Positions 1 to 9,384 of a stretch of 32,000 bases of DNA are shown in pieces (the stretch's first letter is position 1; each line of letters begins with the position of its first letter). The notes below the pieces were generated by a model. The model made no database searches. It had not been told where the DNA came from and saw only the letters and a program-made list of their open reading frames with translations. The position numbers and the translations under genes are program-made. Source of the DNA: Opitutales bacterium. Lineage in GTDB: Bacteria; Verrucomicrobiota; Verrucomicrobiia; Opitutales; PNEW01. The stretch spans positions 1,530,001 through 1,562,000 of the forward strand of contig CBDCNV010000001.1 of the NCBI GenBank assembly GCA_965219535.1. Direction: 5' to 3'.

Positions 1-474
1 GGTAACCACGTTTTCCGCCCAGTATAAATATTCAATTTGTCTATCTTTTGGCCACCCCTTCGGTGGCGATGTAGCCATGGTCGAGATGTTTGAAATTTTA
101 TCTGCGAGTTTAACCTGCTTTCCTCGCAAACTGAGACGAGGCGCATTTTCAATTTGAAGTCGTTTTCTTTCAGATTTAAGCAATCGCTTATCATCGGTGA
201 CTTCCATGACAACAGATAGAACCTCAGGACCAAAGCGCTCGTTTATTTCATCAGGTTCAGTATCCGTGTCTTCGATCGTATCGTGGAGAATCGCGGCAAT
301 AAGAGTAACCGTATCGGTCACACCGCCCACACGCGCCAATAATTCTGCCACTTCAACGGGATGATTAAAATAAGGCTCAGCTTCTACATTCTTACGTCTC
401 TGATTACGATGCTTTTTCGCAGCAAAATGAGTGGCCGACAGAAGAAGGGCGGAAATATTCTCTTCTTGACGCAT
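1..474 (-). CDS. HD-domain (p)ppGpp pyrophosphohydrolase-like protein (SpoT/Mesh1-type small alarmone hydrolase); C-terminal end runs off the window
   Basis: Absent from the ORF track because it has no in-window stop. My reverse-strand translation from the ATG (complement of 472-474) gives MRQEENISALLLSATHFAAKKHRNQRRKNVEAEPYFNHPVEVAELLARVGGVTDTVTLIAAILHDTIEDTDTEPDEINERFGPEVLSVVMEVTDDKR... It stays open for 158 codons down to base 1. The H..KH..Q.R, PY..HP and ILHD.IEDT motifs are the HD-superfamily metal ligands of RelA/SpoT hydrolase domains. Confidence 0.75.
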   Translation of the reverse strand, partial: MRQEENISALLLSATHFAAKKHRNQRRKNVEAEPYFNHPVEVAELLARVGGVTDTVTLIAAILHDTIEDTDTEPDEINERFGPEVLSVVMEVTDDKRLLKSERKRLQIENAPRLSLRGKQVKLADKISNISTMATSPPKGWPKDRQIEYLYWAENVVT

Positions 475-478
475 AGTA

Positions 479-1282
479 TCAGTTTATTTTCTCGCTGGGG
501 GAATCCGTGATGTTCGGTTTGGAAATTTCAATAAAAGCCAAAATAACCCCGTTTTTGTTATAACACCAATTCTCTTCGTCAAAACTAGGGGCGGAGTAAG
601 ACGAGGTTTCTGGATAATCTTTAAAAAGCTGCTCTAATTCTTCGACTGAACGAAACCTGACACCCTTTGAGTAAGGCAAGCCGGTTTGATGACAATCTGT
701 TGTTATCAGTAATTTTTCTCCCGGTTTCAGGCATCGATACATTTGTTCTAAGGCTATTTCGGTTTTTTCAATATGTTCGATTACCGAAATACTGGTTATA
801 TAATCGAAGCTGGAGCCGGGGTAGGGAATATTAAGTAAATCGATGTTTTTAATAGAAAGATTAGGCGCTCCTCTCGTTAATATTGATCTCCATTTCAGGT
901 AGAATAATTCGTTCTCCTTTCTCGGCAAAAATCCCAAGTATCGAAGTGCGGATTTAAAAAAACGTTGCGACAAAAGGTCAGAGACGACGGGGCTTGCGGT
1001 GAAAGCGGCTAACCAGAATCCAGTGAAAGTATTGAATGAACCGGTATCTAATATTTTTATTTTAGCATTATCAGTCGGTATTTTTTGAAGCACCTTGAAT
1101 AGTTCCCAATCCCGCTGCCGGGGTGGAAAGGGAAAATTATCAGGTAGATGTTGCTTTACCTGTTTGTCATAACGCTGAAGAAAATCGCGACATTCTTTGC
1201 TGTCACGTTCTGATTTCCGGTAATAGTATATAGGGAGGGGTCGATCCATTTCCGAGGCTTGGTTCACTATTTTAACGCCCAT
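479..1282 (-). CDS. class I SAM-dependent methyltransferase (substrate unknown)
   Basis: 267-aa ORF. It has a motif-I-like ILDTGSFNTFTG, a later DYITSISVIEHI (post-II/III-type motif) and LKPGEKLLITT, matching the Methyltransf_11/23-like architecture. It ends 4 nt upstream of the HD gene start, so the two are probably co-transcribed. Confidence 0.6.
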   Translation of the reverse strand: MGVKIVNQASEMDRPLPIYYYRKSERDSKECRDFLQRYDKQVKQHLPDNFPFPPRQRDWELFKVLQKIPTDNAKIKILDTGSFNTFTGFWLAAFTASPVVSDLLSQRFFKSALRYLGFLPRKENELFYLKWRSILTRGAPNLSIKNIDLLNIPYPGSSFDYITSISVIEHIEKTEIALEQMYRCLKPGEKLLITTDCHQTGLPYSKGVRFRSVEELEQLFKDYPETSSYSAPSFDEENWCYNKNGVILAFIEISKPNITDSPSEKIN

Positions 1283-1454
1283 GCCTTTAGCCGGCTTTCA
1301 AGCTGCTGGCGACTTCTTATTCGGAACTATTGTGACAATATGACTAAGAGGGTCTGCTCAAAGCTGATCAGTCACGGCAGACACTTCACATTATGTGGAG
1401 ATTCTCGGCAAAAAGTTAAGGGGGGAGATTTTTAAATGAATGATAAAAAAGAGG

Positions 1455-1474
1455 TTGACAAAGTGGGGTATAAT
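1455..1474 (+). promoter_or_regulatory. sigma70-like hexamers upstream of mraZ (perfect TTGACA 1455-1460 and perfect TATAAT 1469-1474, non-canonical 8-bp spacing)
   Basis: Both consensus hexamers are read directly. They cannot form one promoter at 8-bp spacing. TATAAT, preceded by the A/T-rich tract 1431-1452, is the more plausible -10 element for the dcw operon. Confidence 0.25.
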
Positions 1475-1482
1475 GTCATGAA

Positions 1483-1965
1483 ATGTCAAATTATGGTGAA
1501 TTAAGTGGGTTCATTATGGTAGCATTAGAGTCAGAATCTTTATACGTGGGGGAGTTTCGTCACAATCTCGACGCGAAAAACCGGGTAACGGTACCGTATA
1601 AATGGCGGTTTCGAGGGGATGACATAGATGTCTATGTCGCGTGGCCGCATCCCAATGGTTACATTGTCATTTATCCTCCGCGGAAAATTGAAGAATTTCG
1701 AGAGAAGTTGTTACAAATCCCAGAGAGTGATCCCCGCGGGCAGCGCACTTTACAAAAGCTCTTTGGAAAAGCCCATAATTTTGGATGCGACTCACAGGGA
1801 CGAATCAAGCTCCATGAAAAACTGGTCCAATCCGCGAGGATTGAGAAAGAGGTGGTGCTCGTTGGCTTGGTAGAGAAATTCACGATTTGGGGTGCTGAGC
1901 AATTCGACCAACAGGATGAAGAGGAATTTGATCTGCAAACAGCGATGAAGGATTTAGGCATTTAA
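1483..1965 (+). CDS. mraZ: transcriptional regulator MraZ (likely true start ATG 1516, giving 149 aa)
   Basis: Both MraZ DxxxR motifs are present (LDAKNRVTVP and CDSQGRIKLH). It is the first gene of the dcw cluster. Starting at M12 (MVALESESLYVGEF...) gives the canonical length. Confidence 0.9.
   Translation: MSNYGELSGFIMVALESESLYVGEFRHNLDAKNRVTVPYKWRFRGDDIDVYVAWPHPNGYIVIYPPRKIEEFREKLLQIPESDPRGQRTLQKLFGKAHNFGCDSQGRIKLHEKLVQSARIEKEVVLVGLVEKFTIWGAEQFDQQDEEEFDLQTAMKDLGI
1491..1523 (+). promoter_or_regulatory. candidate MraZ operator: three direct repeats TTATGGTGAA / TTAAGTGGGT / TTATGGTAGC
   Basis: The repeats start at 1491, 1501 and 1514, a spacing of about one helical turn. AAGTGGG also occurs at 1461-1467 and 1503-1509. 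E. coli MraZ is known to bind TGGGN-type direct repeats lying between the mra promoter and mraZ. The third repeat contains the alternative mraZ ATG (1516). Confidence 0.25.
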
Positions 1966-1982
1966 CTGAAATCAAACAAACT

Positions 1983-2189
1983 ATGCAACTACGTAAGAAC
2001 AGATTCACAAGTGATATTCTCGGCAATGAAGAGATCCGTCATTTTAGTGGCTGGAAATTCCGAGGTCTCAATCATGCAGTCAACCTGGCGAATTCTAACG
2101 TCCTGACAGCCTTACTAGGTCGCCGTAAACGCGTAAAGCTGAAACCACGCGGGTTAAAAGCGTTGCTCCATGATATTTTTAACCGCTAA
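1983..2189 (+). CDS. hypothetical small basic protein (68 aa) filling the mraZ-rsmH gap
   Basis: The ORF fits exactly between the mraZ stop (1965) and the likely rsmH start (2209). It is K/R-rich (RKNR, GRRKRVKLKPRGLK). I see no recognisable family and no clear SD sequence. It may be non-coding. Confidence 0.3.
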   Translation: MQLRKNRFTSDILGNEEIRHFSGWKFRGLNHAVNLANSNVLTALLGRRKRVKLKPRGLKALLHDIFNR

Positions 2190-2208
2190 TCTATCGCGTC
2201 GCCAAAGA

Positions 2209-3150
2209 ATGGTTCAACACCTGCCAGTTCTTCTGCGTGAGGTGATTGAGATATTTTCACCACGTGAAGGGTATCATTACCTGGATGCTACTTTCGGGGG
2301 AGGGGGGCACACGCGTGCGCTCCTGGAAACGGACCCATCGATCAAGGTAACGGTCCTGGACTGTGATCCGGAGGCATACTCACGCGCCGTAGCGATGAGC
2401 AAAGAATACGGGGATCGTTTAAAATGTTATAACTTGAGTTTCGATCGCTTAGAGGAAATTCCCGAAAGAGAATTTGACGGGATAATATTCGATCTCGGGG
2501 TGTCCTCTTATCAGCTTGAAACGGTAGCGCGCGGATTTTCTTTTCATCGTGCGGCACCTTTGGATATGCGTATGGATCCTCGTGAGGGTGTCGCAGCGTC
2601 AGAGTTTCTTGAAAGGTCTACGCGTGAAGAACTCATTGAGGCGGTACGTGATTTTGGTGAAGAAAAGCAATGGCGTAAAGTTGTCGATGCTATTCTTGAG
2701 GCTCGGGGAAGTGACGCACTACAAGTAACGACCCGCTTGGCGGAGATGGTATCCAAAACCGTAACTCCAGGCGCACGCCGAGGAAGGAAATCGCAAATTC
2801 ATCCTGCGACTAAAACATTTCAAGGTATCCGTATCGCACTAAACAAAGAGCTGGAAAGACTGGAAGAGGCTCTACCTCAAGCATTTGAAAAATTAAATCC
2901 TCGTGGTATTCTCATCGTGATCGGCTTTCATTCACTTGAAGACCGTATCGTAAAACGCTATTTCAATCGCATGGCTGGTCGCCCCGAACATCGAGGGGAC
3001 TCACTTCCTCAACAGTCACGAACAGTCCAGGCGACTTTATTGACCAGACGACCCCTGCGACCATCACTGAAAGAGAGAGACAGCAATATTCGCAGTCGCT
3101 CCGCACGACTTCGCGCTCTGCGAAAAAATAATACCCCAACTCCTAAATGA
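2209..3150 (+). CDS. rsmH: 16S rRNA (cytosine1402-N4)-methyltransferase RsmH (MraW)
   Basis: It has the DATFGGGGHT SAM motif and the N-terminus MVQHLPVLLREV, which parallels the Bacillus-type MFQHKTVLL start. The ORF is open from 2170, but M14 (2209) is the canonical start. Confidence 0.93.
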   Translation: MVQHLPVLLREVIEIFSPREGYHYLDATFGGGGHTRALLETDPSIKVTVLDCDPEAYSRAVAMSKEYGDRLKCYNLSFDRLEEIPEREFDGIIFDLGVSSYQLETVARGFSFHRAAPLDMRMDPREGVAASEFLERSTREELIEAVRDFGEEKQWRKVVDAILEARGSDALQVTTRLAEMVSKTVTPGARRGRKSQIHPATKTFQGIRIALNKELERLEEALPQAFEKLNPRGILIVIGFHSLEDRIVKRYFNRMAGRPEHRGDSLPQQSRTVQATLLTRRPLRPSLKERDSNIRSRSARLRALRKNNTPTPK

Positions 3151-3151
3151 A

Positions 3152-3469
3152 ATGAAAACGCGAATAGATTCAAATACCAACTCCCTGCATAAAGTTGTAT
3201 TTTTAATCATGCTAATCCTTGTCGTATCGGCTAGCGGCGGACTTAGTCTCGTTTGGCTTCGCCAGCAGATTTCAATAACGGCCACGCGTTCAAAGGTGTT
3301 AGAACAGGAGCTCAGAATTCTTGATCGAAATATCCGAAACCTCGACGCGAGGATTGGCGAATTGCATAATCCCAATAATCTTCTGCGTCACTCAACTGAC
3401 TTGGGTCTAAACATCTCGCTTCCGCGCGAAGATCAGATTGTTCGCATTTCTTCAATCTCGCTTCTCTAA
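3152..3469 (+). CDS. ftsL: cell division protein FtsL-like (single TM segment plus coiled coil)
   Basis: 105 aa. It has a TM segment (VVFLIMLILVVSASGGLSLVWL) followed by a heptad-like helix (LEQELRILDRNIRNLDARIGEL). It sits in the conserved position between rsmH and ftsI. Confidence 0.7.
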   Translation: MKTRIDSNTNSLHKVVFLIMLILVVSASGGLSLVWLRQQISITATRSKVLEQELRILDRNIRNLDARIGELHNPNNLLRHSTDLGLNISLPREDQIVRISSISLL

Positions 3470-3494
3470 CCCCCTGAATACTTACAGCTAGCTA

Positions 3495-5291
3495 ATGAGT
3501 AATGCTTACATCTCCACCTGGCGGTTATTTTTATTGGCCATTGGTATTACTATAGGCTTCAGTGGAATTCTAGCTCGATTGTATTATTTGCATGTCTGGG
3601 ACCAGGAAAACCTGGCAAAGATTGTTAAAACGAATCGAAACACGATTGAAATAATTCATTCCCGTCGGGGTAAAGTTATCGATACGAGAGGTAACCTCCT
3701 CGCCACGACAAACACGGTAATTGAGTTAGGTGTAGATCCTCATGTAGTCGTGCCGGAAGATATGAGCAAACTTCCGGATCTTTCTCATCTCATTGGATTG
3801 CCGCTTAAAGAGCTGGAAGCGCGCATAGCAAAAAAAACCCGACAAGGGTCGGGTAATTTCGGACAGAAAGTGAGGAATAATCACTGGTCCAAACTGGCCG
3901 ATAAAATTGATGAGACAAACTATAACAAGGTACGTGCACTGGAGATTAAAGGTGTCTATGGAAACCGTAAGTTCGAGCGTTTATATCCCGGTGAATCATT
4001 AGCTGCACATCTTGTAGGATTTGTAAATAAAGAGGGTAACGCGGTGATGGGGGTTGAGCGATACATGGACTTTTATCTGCGAGGACAAGACGGGTGGCGT
4101 GAGATCGAGCGCGACGGACACCGTCGTGAACTGGCACAATTTCGTCAACGAGAAGTAGATCCGACGCACGGTCTTAACATTGAATTGACGATCGATTTTA
4201 TGGCGCAGCATATAATCGAAGATGAATTAAATAAATTAGCATCAACCTATCAGCCCCAGTCTGCGGCGATCATCGTGAGCGATCCCTCGACGGGGTACCT
4301 CCTTGCATTAGCCAATTGGCCGACTTTTGATTTAAATGAATTTTGGAAATACCCTCTCGACAATCATCGCAACCGTGCGGTCTCAGATATGGTAGAACCG
4401 GGTTCTACTTTCAAAATTGTGACCGTCAGTGGGGCACTTAATGATTCGCTCGTACTACCTGATACCGTTTTCGACTGCAACCAGGCGATAGTCGAGTATA
4501 AGGGGAGGCGTATCAGTTTGCCACGTGATCATAAAGAATATGGTTCACTTTCCGTAAGTGAAGTGGTCAGTAAATCAAGTAATCGAGGAGCCGCGCAACT
4601 CGGTATGCGGTTGGGACCCAATCGACTTTATAGCTACAGTGTCGCATTCGGGTTTGGTAGCTTAAGTGGCTATCCTCTAGAGGGAGAGACTGCAGGAATC
4701 TTACATCCGGTTAGAGAATGGGATAGTCTTACGATCAGCCGTTTACCCATTGGTTACGCAGTGAGCGCAACACAATTGCAAATTCACTATGCAATGTCGG
4801 TTATTGCCAATCAAGGGGTATTAATGAGTCCTCAATTAGTGCGCCGCGTGTTCGATGATAACGGAGTTACGATTGCCAGTTTTCGACCGCGAACTCGACA
4901 TCGGGCGTTGAGTGCTGAAACGGCGAATAAAGTTGCTCAATTATTAATACGGACTGTGAGCCCTGACGGCACTGCTCCGCTTGCATTTATTCCCGATTAT
5001 GAAATTGCGGGTAAAACGGGAACGACGAAAAAAATAATTAACGGGCGTTATTCCAGCCGACACCATGTTACGTCATTTGCCGGGTTTTTCCCGGCATCGT
5101 ATCCACGTCTTGTGATTTCTGTAATAGTCGATGATCCACAATCATCACTACCTGCTTATGGTGGAAATGTTGCCGCACCGGTATTCAAAAAAGTGGCCCA
5201 AAGACTCATTCAGTATCTGGACATACAACCGCCAAAACAAAACCGTGAATTTTATGCAATGGGAGGAAAAATAATTGATCCTTTACCTTGA
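3495..5291 (+). CDS. ftsI: class B penicillin-binding protein / peptidoglycan D,D-transpeptidase FtsI
   Basis: It has an N-terminal TM anchor and the SxxK (STFK), SxN (SSN) and KTG (KTGT) active-site motifs in the correct order. The dcw position fits. Confidence 0.9.
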   Translation: MSNAYISTWRLFLLAIGITIGFSGILARLYYLHVWDQENLAKIVKTNRNTIEIIHSRRGKVIDTRGNLLATTNTVIELGVDPHVVVPEDMSKLPDLSHLIGLPLKELEARIAKKTRQGSGNFGQKVRNNHWSKLADKIDETNYNKVRALEIKGVYGNRKFERLYPGESLAAHLVGFVNKEGNAVMGVERYMDFYLRGQDGWREIERDGHRRELAQFRQREVDPTHGLNIELTIDFMAQHIIEDELNKLASTYQPQSAAIIVSDPSTGYLLALANWPTFDLNEFWKYPLDNHRNRAVSDMVEPGSTFKIVTVSGALNDSLVLPDTVFDCNQAIVEYKGRRISLPRDHKEYGSLSVSEVVSKSSNRGAAQLGMRLGPNRLYSYSVAFGFGSLSGYPLEGETAGILHPVREWDSLTISRLPIGYAVSATQLQIHYAMSVIANQGVLMSPQLVRRVFDDNGVTIASFRPRTRHRALSAETANKVAQLLIRTVSPDGTAPLAFIPDYEIAGKTGTTKKIINGRYSSRHHVTSFAGFFPASYPRLVISVIVDDPQSSLPAYGGNVAAPVFKKVAQRLIQYLDIQPPKQNREFYAMGGKIIDPLP

Positions 5292-5373
5292 AAATAGGGT
5301 CAATTTATGGGGAGAGCTATCAATACTCGTTGGCTTATCTTTGCTTATTAAGAAAAGCGCATATATTTCATTC

Positions 5374-6858
5374 ATGGACGTCACCTTAAAGACCCTTTTA
5401 AAAAATCTGTCCCTCAAAGATGTCAGTGGAAAGACGGATATTAATATCCAGGCGATTTCTACAGATAGTAGACGGACAACTCCATGTACTTTGTTTTTTG
5501 CGCTCAGTGGTCTCCAAACCGACGGTAATCTCCATATTGATGAAGCCATAGATCGCGGTGCGGTCGCCATAATATCTGAGAAAGATAGTAAGACTCACAG
5601 GCAAGTGACCTGTATACAGGTTGATAATATTAGAAGTGTTCTCGCGGAAGTCGCGCGGCGATTTCATCACAATCCGGAACGCGATATTGAACTGATTGGA
5701 GTTACCGGGACCAACGGCAAGACAACGGTATCCTTTCTTCTCAAACATCTCTTGGAAGATTCAGGTAATAGCGTTGGGATGATTGGAACAGTTCAATATT
5801 ATCTCGGACAGCGCACGCTACCAGCTTATAGAACGACCCCTGAATCAGCGGATATATATGGTATGCTGTCACAAATGCGTGACGCTAAATGCCGCGAGGC
5901 CGTGATGGAGGTGAGTACCCATGGCATCGATCAAGAGCGAGTGAGCGGATTAAAATTTAAAATCGCAGTCTTTCTAAATCTTACTCGAGACCATATTGAC
6001 TACCATCATTCGATGGAGGAGTATTTTCAAGTAAAGTGTAAATTATTCAATGGTGATACCGGTTGTTTACCGTCGGCCGCCGTTGTAAATAGCGACGATC
6101 CTTATGGGCGCCGATTGATAGAACAAATAGGGAATAACCTTCGTGTTCTAAGTTTCGGAGTGAGTGACGATGCGGATATCTACGCGACGGATGTAAAACT
6201 CAATGACCAAGGTTCTCAATTTATCCTGCATTGGCCAGGCGGGTCGGAAGCTGTCTCAACAGGATTACTGGGGCATTATAATCTGAGCAATGTTCTGGCC
6301 GCGTTTACCGTTCTCTATGCCATGGGTCGTGATCCTTCAACCCATGCCGCGCGTTTGCTTGATTTTCCCGGTGTTCCGGGTCGCATGGAACGCATTGAAA
6401 ATGATGAACAAATAAATCTACTCGTCGACTATGCTCATACTGATGACGCACTGAAAAATGCGCTTTCCATGCTGCGCACGATTACGAAAGGTCGATTACT
6501 TGTCGTATTTGGCTGTGGAGGAAATCGCGATCGAGAAAAACGTCCCATGATGACGCGTGCCGTTATGGAACAAGCCGATTTTGCCTGGGCGACAGCTGAT
6601 AACCCGAGAAATGAATCACAGGACATAATTTTTGCCGACATGAAGAGTGAATTGAAAAATTTCGATCGCATTCGATTTATTGAAGATAGACGACGTGCCA
6701 TCGACCTAGCGATTGAATCTGCTAAGCCAGATGACTGCGTGCTTATCGCAGGTAAAGGGCATGAAACTTTTCAAGTAATAAAGGATTCAGTTGTGCCTTT
6801 TGATGACCGTCAAGTGGCACGGGAACTTTTGGGAATTAAACGTATCAAGAAGAAGTAG
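5374..6858 (+). CDS. murE: UDP-N-acetylmuramoyl-L-alanyl-D-glutamate--2,6-diaminopimelate ligase MurE
   Basis: It has the P-loop GVTGTNGKTT and the Mur-ligase central and C-terminal domains. The DNPR motif (ADNPRNE) is typical of meso-DAP-adding MurE. The ORF is open from 5275, but M34 (MDVTLKTLL) is the conventional N-terminus. Confidence 0.93.
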   Translation: MDVTLKTLLKNLSLKDVSGKTDINIQAISTDSRRTTPCTLFFALSGLQTDGNLHIDEAIDRGAVAIISEKDSKTHRQVTCIQVDNIRSVLAEVARRFHHNPERDIELIGVTGTNGKTTVSFLLKHLLEDSGNSVGMIGTVQYYLGQRTLPAYRTTPESADIYGMLSQMRDAKCREAVMEVSTHGIDQERVSGLKFKIAVFLNLTRDHIDYHHSMEEYFQVKCKLFNGDTGCLPSAAVVNSDDPYGRRLIEQIGNNLRVLSFGVSDDADIYATDVKLNDQGSQFILHWPGGSEAVSTGLLGHYNLSNVLAAFTVLYAMGRDPSTHAARLLDFPGVPGRMERIENDEQINLLVDYAHTDDALKNALSMLRTITKGRLLVVFGCGGNRDREKRPMMTRAVMEQADFAWATADNPRNESQDIIFADMKSELKNFDRIRFIEDRRRAIDLAIESAKPDDCVLIAGKGHETFQVIKDSVVPFDDRQVARELLGIKRIKKK

Positions 6859-8285
6859 TGGAGATGCCTAATTTTAATCCAGATAAATTGCGGGCATGGA
6901 CCTCCGGTGAGTGGAAATCAGGGGTTCCATCAACGATATCCGGATTTTCGTGTGATACGAGAAAACTACAACCTGGTGAACTTTTTATTGCCATAAAAAC
7001 TGAGAATCGAGATGGGCATGATTTTCTGGTTAAGGCTAAAAATGCTGGAGCGAGCGGCGCTTTAGTCGCTCGCTTCAGCCCTAATTTCCCCCTGCCACAA
7101 TTGCTAGTAAAAGATCCTCTGGACGCGCTACATAGAATGGCTGCTCATCACCGACAGGAATTCCACGGGCCTGTTATCGGTGTAACTGGCAGTTGTGGCA
7201 AGACTTCGACTAAAGAACTCCTCGCGCTGCTTTTAGGGGATAACCAGGTCCATCGTAATCGCGAGAATTATAATAATCATCTTGGGGTGCCTTTAACCCT
7301 TCTTGAGATCGATCCACAAAATCATGATTTCGCGATTATTGAAGCCGGGATGAATGCACCAGGTGAAATTGAACCGCTCTCCCGAATGATCGATCCTACA
7401 GCGAGTATAATTACGATGGTGGCAAACACGCACCTTGAGGCTTTTGACTCGATCGAAAGTATTGCCCACGAAAAAGCAATGCTCGGCCGATACACGCGCA
7501 CAGACGGCTGGGTCGCCTTTAATAACGACTGTAGCCAATACCATGCATTTCAGGATTTCCCTGCCATTTCTGTTATCCTTCTACCCGAAGACGCGACTGA
7601 AACTCCTATAAAAAAAAACAATGAGTACCTCTATTGGTCAGAAAGGCGATCAACATCACGGGTTGGAAAATCGTTACTTACGTTGAAAGTCTTACCCGAT
7701 GCTATTCATAACTTTGATCTTCCTACGCTCAGTCCAGGTATGGTAGGCAATACCAGCTTATCGATCGCAACAGCCTGGCGACTGGGCATTAATGATACGG
7801 ACATTCAGGAGCGACTTTCTCGCTGGCATCCTCTTTCTCTTCGCGGTGAAATTATACACCGCGAAGAGAAATATTTTTATGTCGATTGTTACAATGCAAG
7901 TCCCGCCTCAATGGCTGATAGTTTTAACGCCTTTAATTCTATAATGGAACCGACCCTGCGTCGGCTCTATGTTCTTGGATGCATGGCGGAGCTGGGTGAA
8001 GAGTCACCTGATCTTCATTATGAAGTGGGACAGCTATTAAAATTACGTCCCGAAGATAAAGTTTTAATCTTAGGTGAATATGCGTGTGAAATGCGTGATG
8101 GCATACGCTTATCAGGCAATGAAAATAATGAGGTGAGCGTATTGAATTCGCTGGATGATATTCGTGATAGTGTAAGCGAATTTAAAGGAGCGGTATTTCT
8201 TAAAGGAAGCCGAATCTATAAATTGGAAAAATTAATTCCCCCTCCTATGACCGAGGAATCGTTGGAGAAGAGAGAAGCATGCTAA
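6858..8285 (+). CDS. murF: UDP-N-acetylmuramoyl-tripeptide--D-alanyl-D-alanine ligase MurF
   Basis: It has GVTGSCGKTSTKE and a Mur-ligase fold. GTG 6858 overlaps the murE stop by 1 nt; ATG 6864 is an alternative start. Confidence 0.9.
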   Translation: MEMPNFNPDKLRAWTSGEWKSGVPSTISGFSCDTRKLQPGELFIAIKTENRDGHDFLVKAKNAGASGALVARFSPNFPLPQLLVKDPLDALHRMAAHHRQEFHGPVIGVTGSCGKTSTKELLALLLGDNQVHRNRENYNNHLGVPLTLLEIDPQNHDFAIIEAGMNAPGEIEPLSRMIDPTASIITMVANTHLEAFDSIESIAHEKAMLGRYTRTDGWVAFNNDCSQYHAFQDFPAISVILLPEDATETPIKKNNEYLYWSERRSTSRVGKSLLTLKVLPDAIHNFDLPTLSPGMVGNTSLSIATAWRLGINDTDIQERLSRWHPLSLRGEIIHREEKYFYVDCYNASPASMADSFNAFNSIMEPTLRRLYVLGCMAELGEESPDLHYEVGQLLKLRPEDKVLILGEYACEMRDGIRLSGNENNEVSVLNSLDDIRDSVSEFKGAVFLKGSRIYKLEKLIPPPMTEESLEKREAC

Positions 8286-9379
8286 GTTATCTCGCAGATT
8301 TTCAGGATTTTTTCGGACCTTTTCGTTTGTTCCGCTATTTAACCCTGCGCGGGGTTTTAGCCGCCGCGACCGCGCTTTTTATAGGCTTTTTAATTGCGCC
8401 CTGGATTTTAGCAAAACTTCTAAAATTTAAGCTTTCGCAGTCGATGCGCGAGAAGTCTGAAGTAGGTGGTCTCGCTGAATTGCACTCACAAAAAGAAGAT
8501 ACACCTACAATGGGAGGGTTAATTATTTTTTTTGCGCTTGTTAGCAGCTCCCTTCTTTGGGCCAAGCCAAACATATATGTCATTACCGCGCTCCTGGTGT
8601 ATGTTGGGCTCACGATAGTCGGATTGATTGATGATTATTTAAAAATATCGCGCAAGAGTAGCAAAGGATTGGCCAGCCGCTATAAGCTGTTGTCACAAGC
8701 GATTATCGCTCTCTTTGTCTTGGGTTTATTGATGTTTAATCAAGATACGCATGCCCTTATGCGTGAGCTCTGGATTCCTTTTATCAAGCAACCCCTGATA
8801 GTTGAAATGCCATACTGGTTTTTAATAATATTCTTTTTCCTGATCCTTGCAGGGTCGAGCAACGCAATAAATCTTACCGACGGGATAGACGGATTAGCAA
8901 TAGGATGTACCGTTACCGTAGCTTTGGTATATTCAGTCATGGCATATTCAACAGGGCACGCCATAATTGCAGATTACCTATTAATAGGTTTTATTAATGG
9001 AGCCGGTGAGTTGGCTGTTATTTGTGCGGCGATGTTAGGAGCCAGCTTGGCGTTCCTCTGGTATAACGCGCATCCCGCTGAGGTCTTCATGGGGGACACG
9101 GGTTCTCTCGCACTCGGTGGTCTACTCGGGACAATTGCTTTCATGGTTCATCAACCGATCACGCTGATCCTCGTCGGCGGTATTTTTGTTATCGAAGCGC
9201 TCTCTGTAATCACCCAGGTGGCTTCCTTTAAATTTCGAGGTAAACGTGTATTCAAGATGGCGCCGATACACCACCATTTTGAATTAATGGGATGGGCAGA
9301 ATCGAAAGTCGTTATTCGCTTTTGGATTCTCTCATTAATTTTCGCAATTGGTGGCTTGGCCACGTTAAAACTCAGATAA
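8279..9379 (+). CDS. mraY: phospho-N-acetylmuramoyl-pentapeptide transferase MraY
   Basis: It is polytopic and carries NLTDGIDGLA, FMGDTGSLALGG and the HHHFE motif. It overlaps the murF stop by 7 nt. Confidence 0.95.
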   Translation: MLSYLADFQDFFGPFRLFRYLTLRGVLAAATALFIGFLIAPWILAKLLKFKLSQSMREKSEVGGLAELHSQKEDTPTMGGLIIFFALVSSSLLWAKPNIYVITALLVYVGLTIVGLIDDYLKISRKSSKGLASRYKLLSQAIIALFVLGLLMFNQDTHALMRELWIPFIKQPLIVEMPYWFLIIFFFLILAGSSNAINLTDGIDGLAIGCTVTVALVYSVMAYSTGHAIIADYLLIGFINGAGELAVICAAMLGASLAFLWYNAHPAEVFMGDTGSLALGGLLGTIAFMVHQPITLILVGGIFVIEALSVITQVASFKFRGKRVFKMAPIHHHFELMGWAESKVVIRFWILSLIFAIGGLATLKLR

Positions 9380-9384
9380 GCGCG

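Noticed and set aside
1455-1474. TTGACA plus TATAAT as a single canonical promoter
   Set aside because: The hexamers are only 8 bp apart, against an optimum of 17, so they cannot act as one sigma70 promoter. I kept them only as individual low-confidence elements.
1628-1961. ORFs 1628-1873 (+) and 1671-1961 (-) overlapping mraZ
   Set aside because: They lie entirely inside the well-supported mraZ frame, have no motifs, and have the low-complexity Ser/Arg-rich composition typical of off-frame translation.
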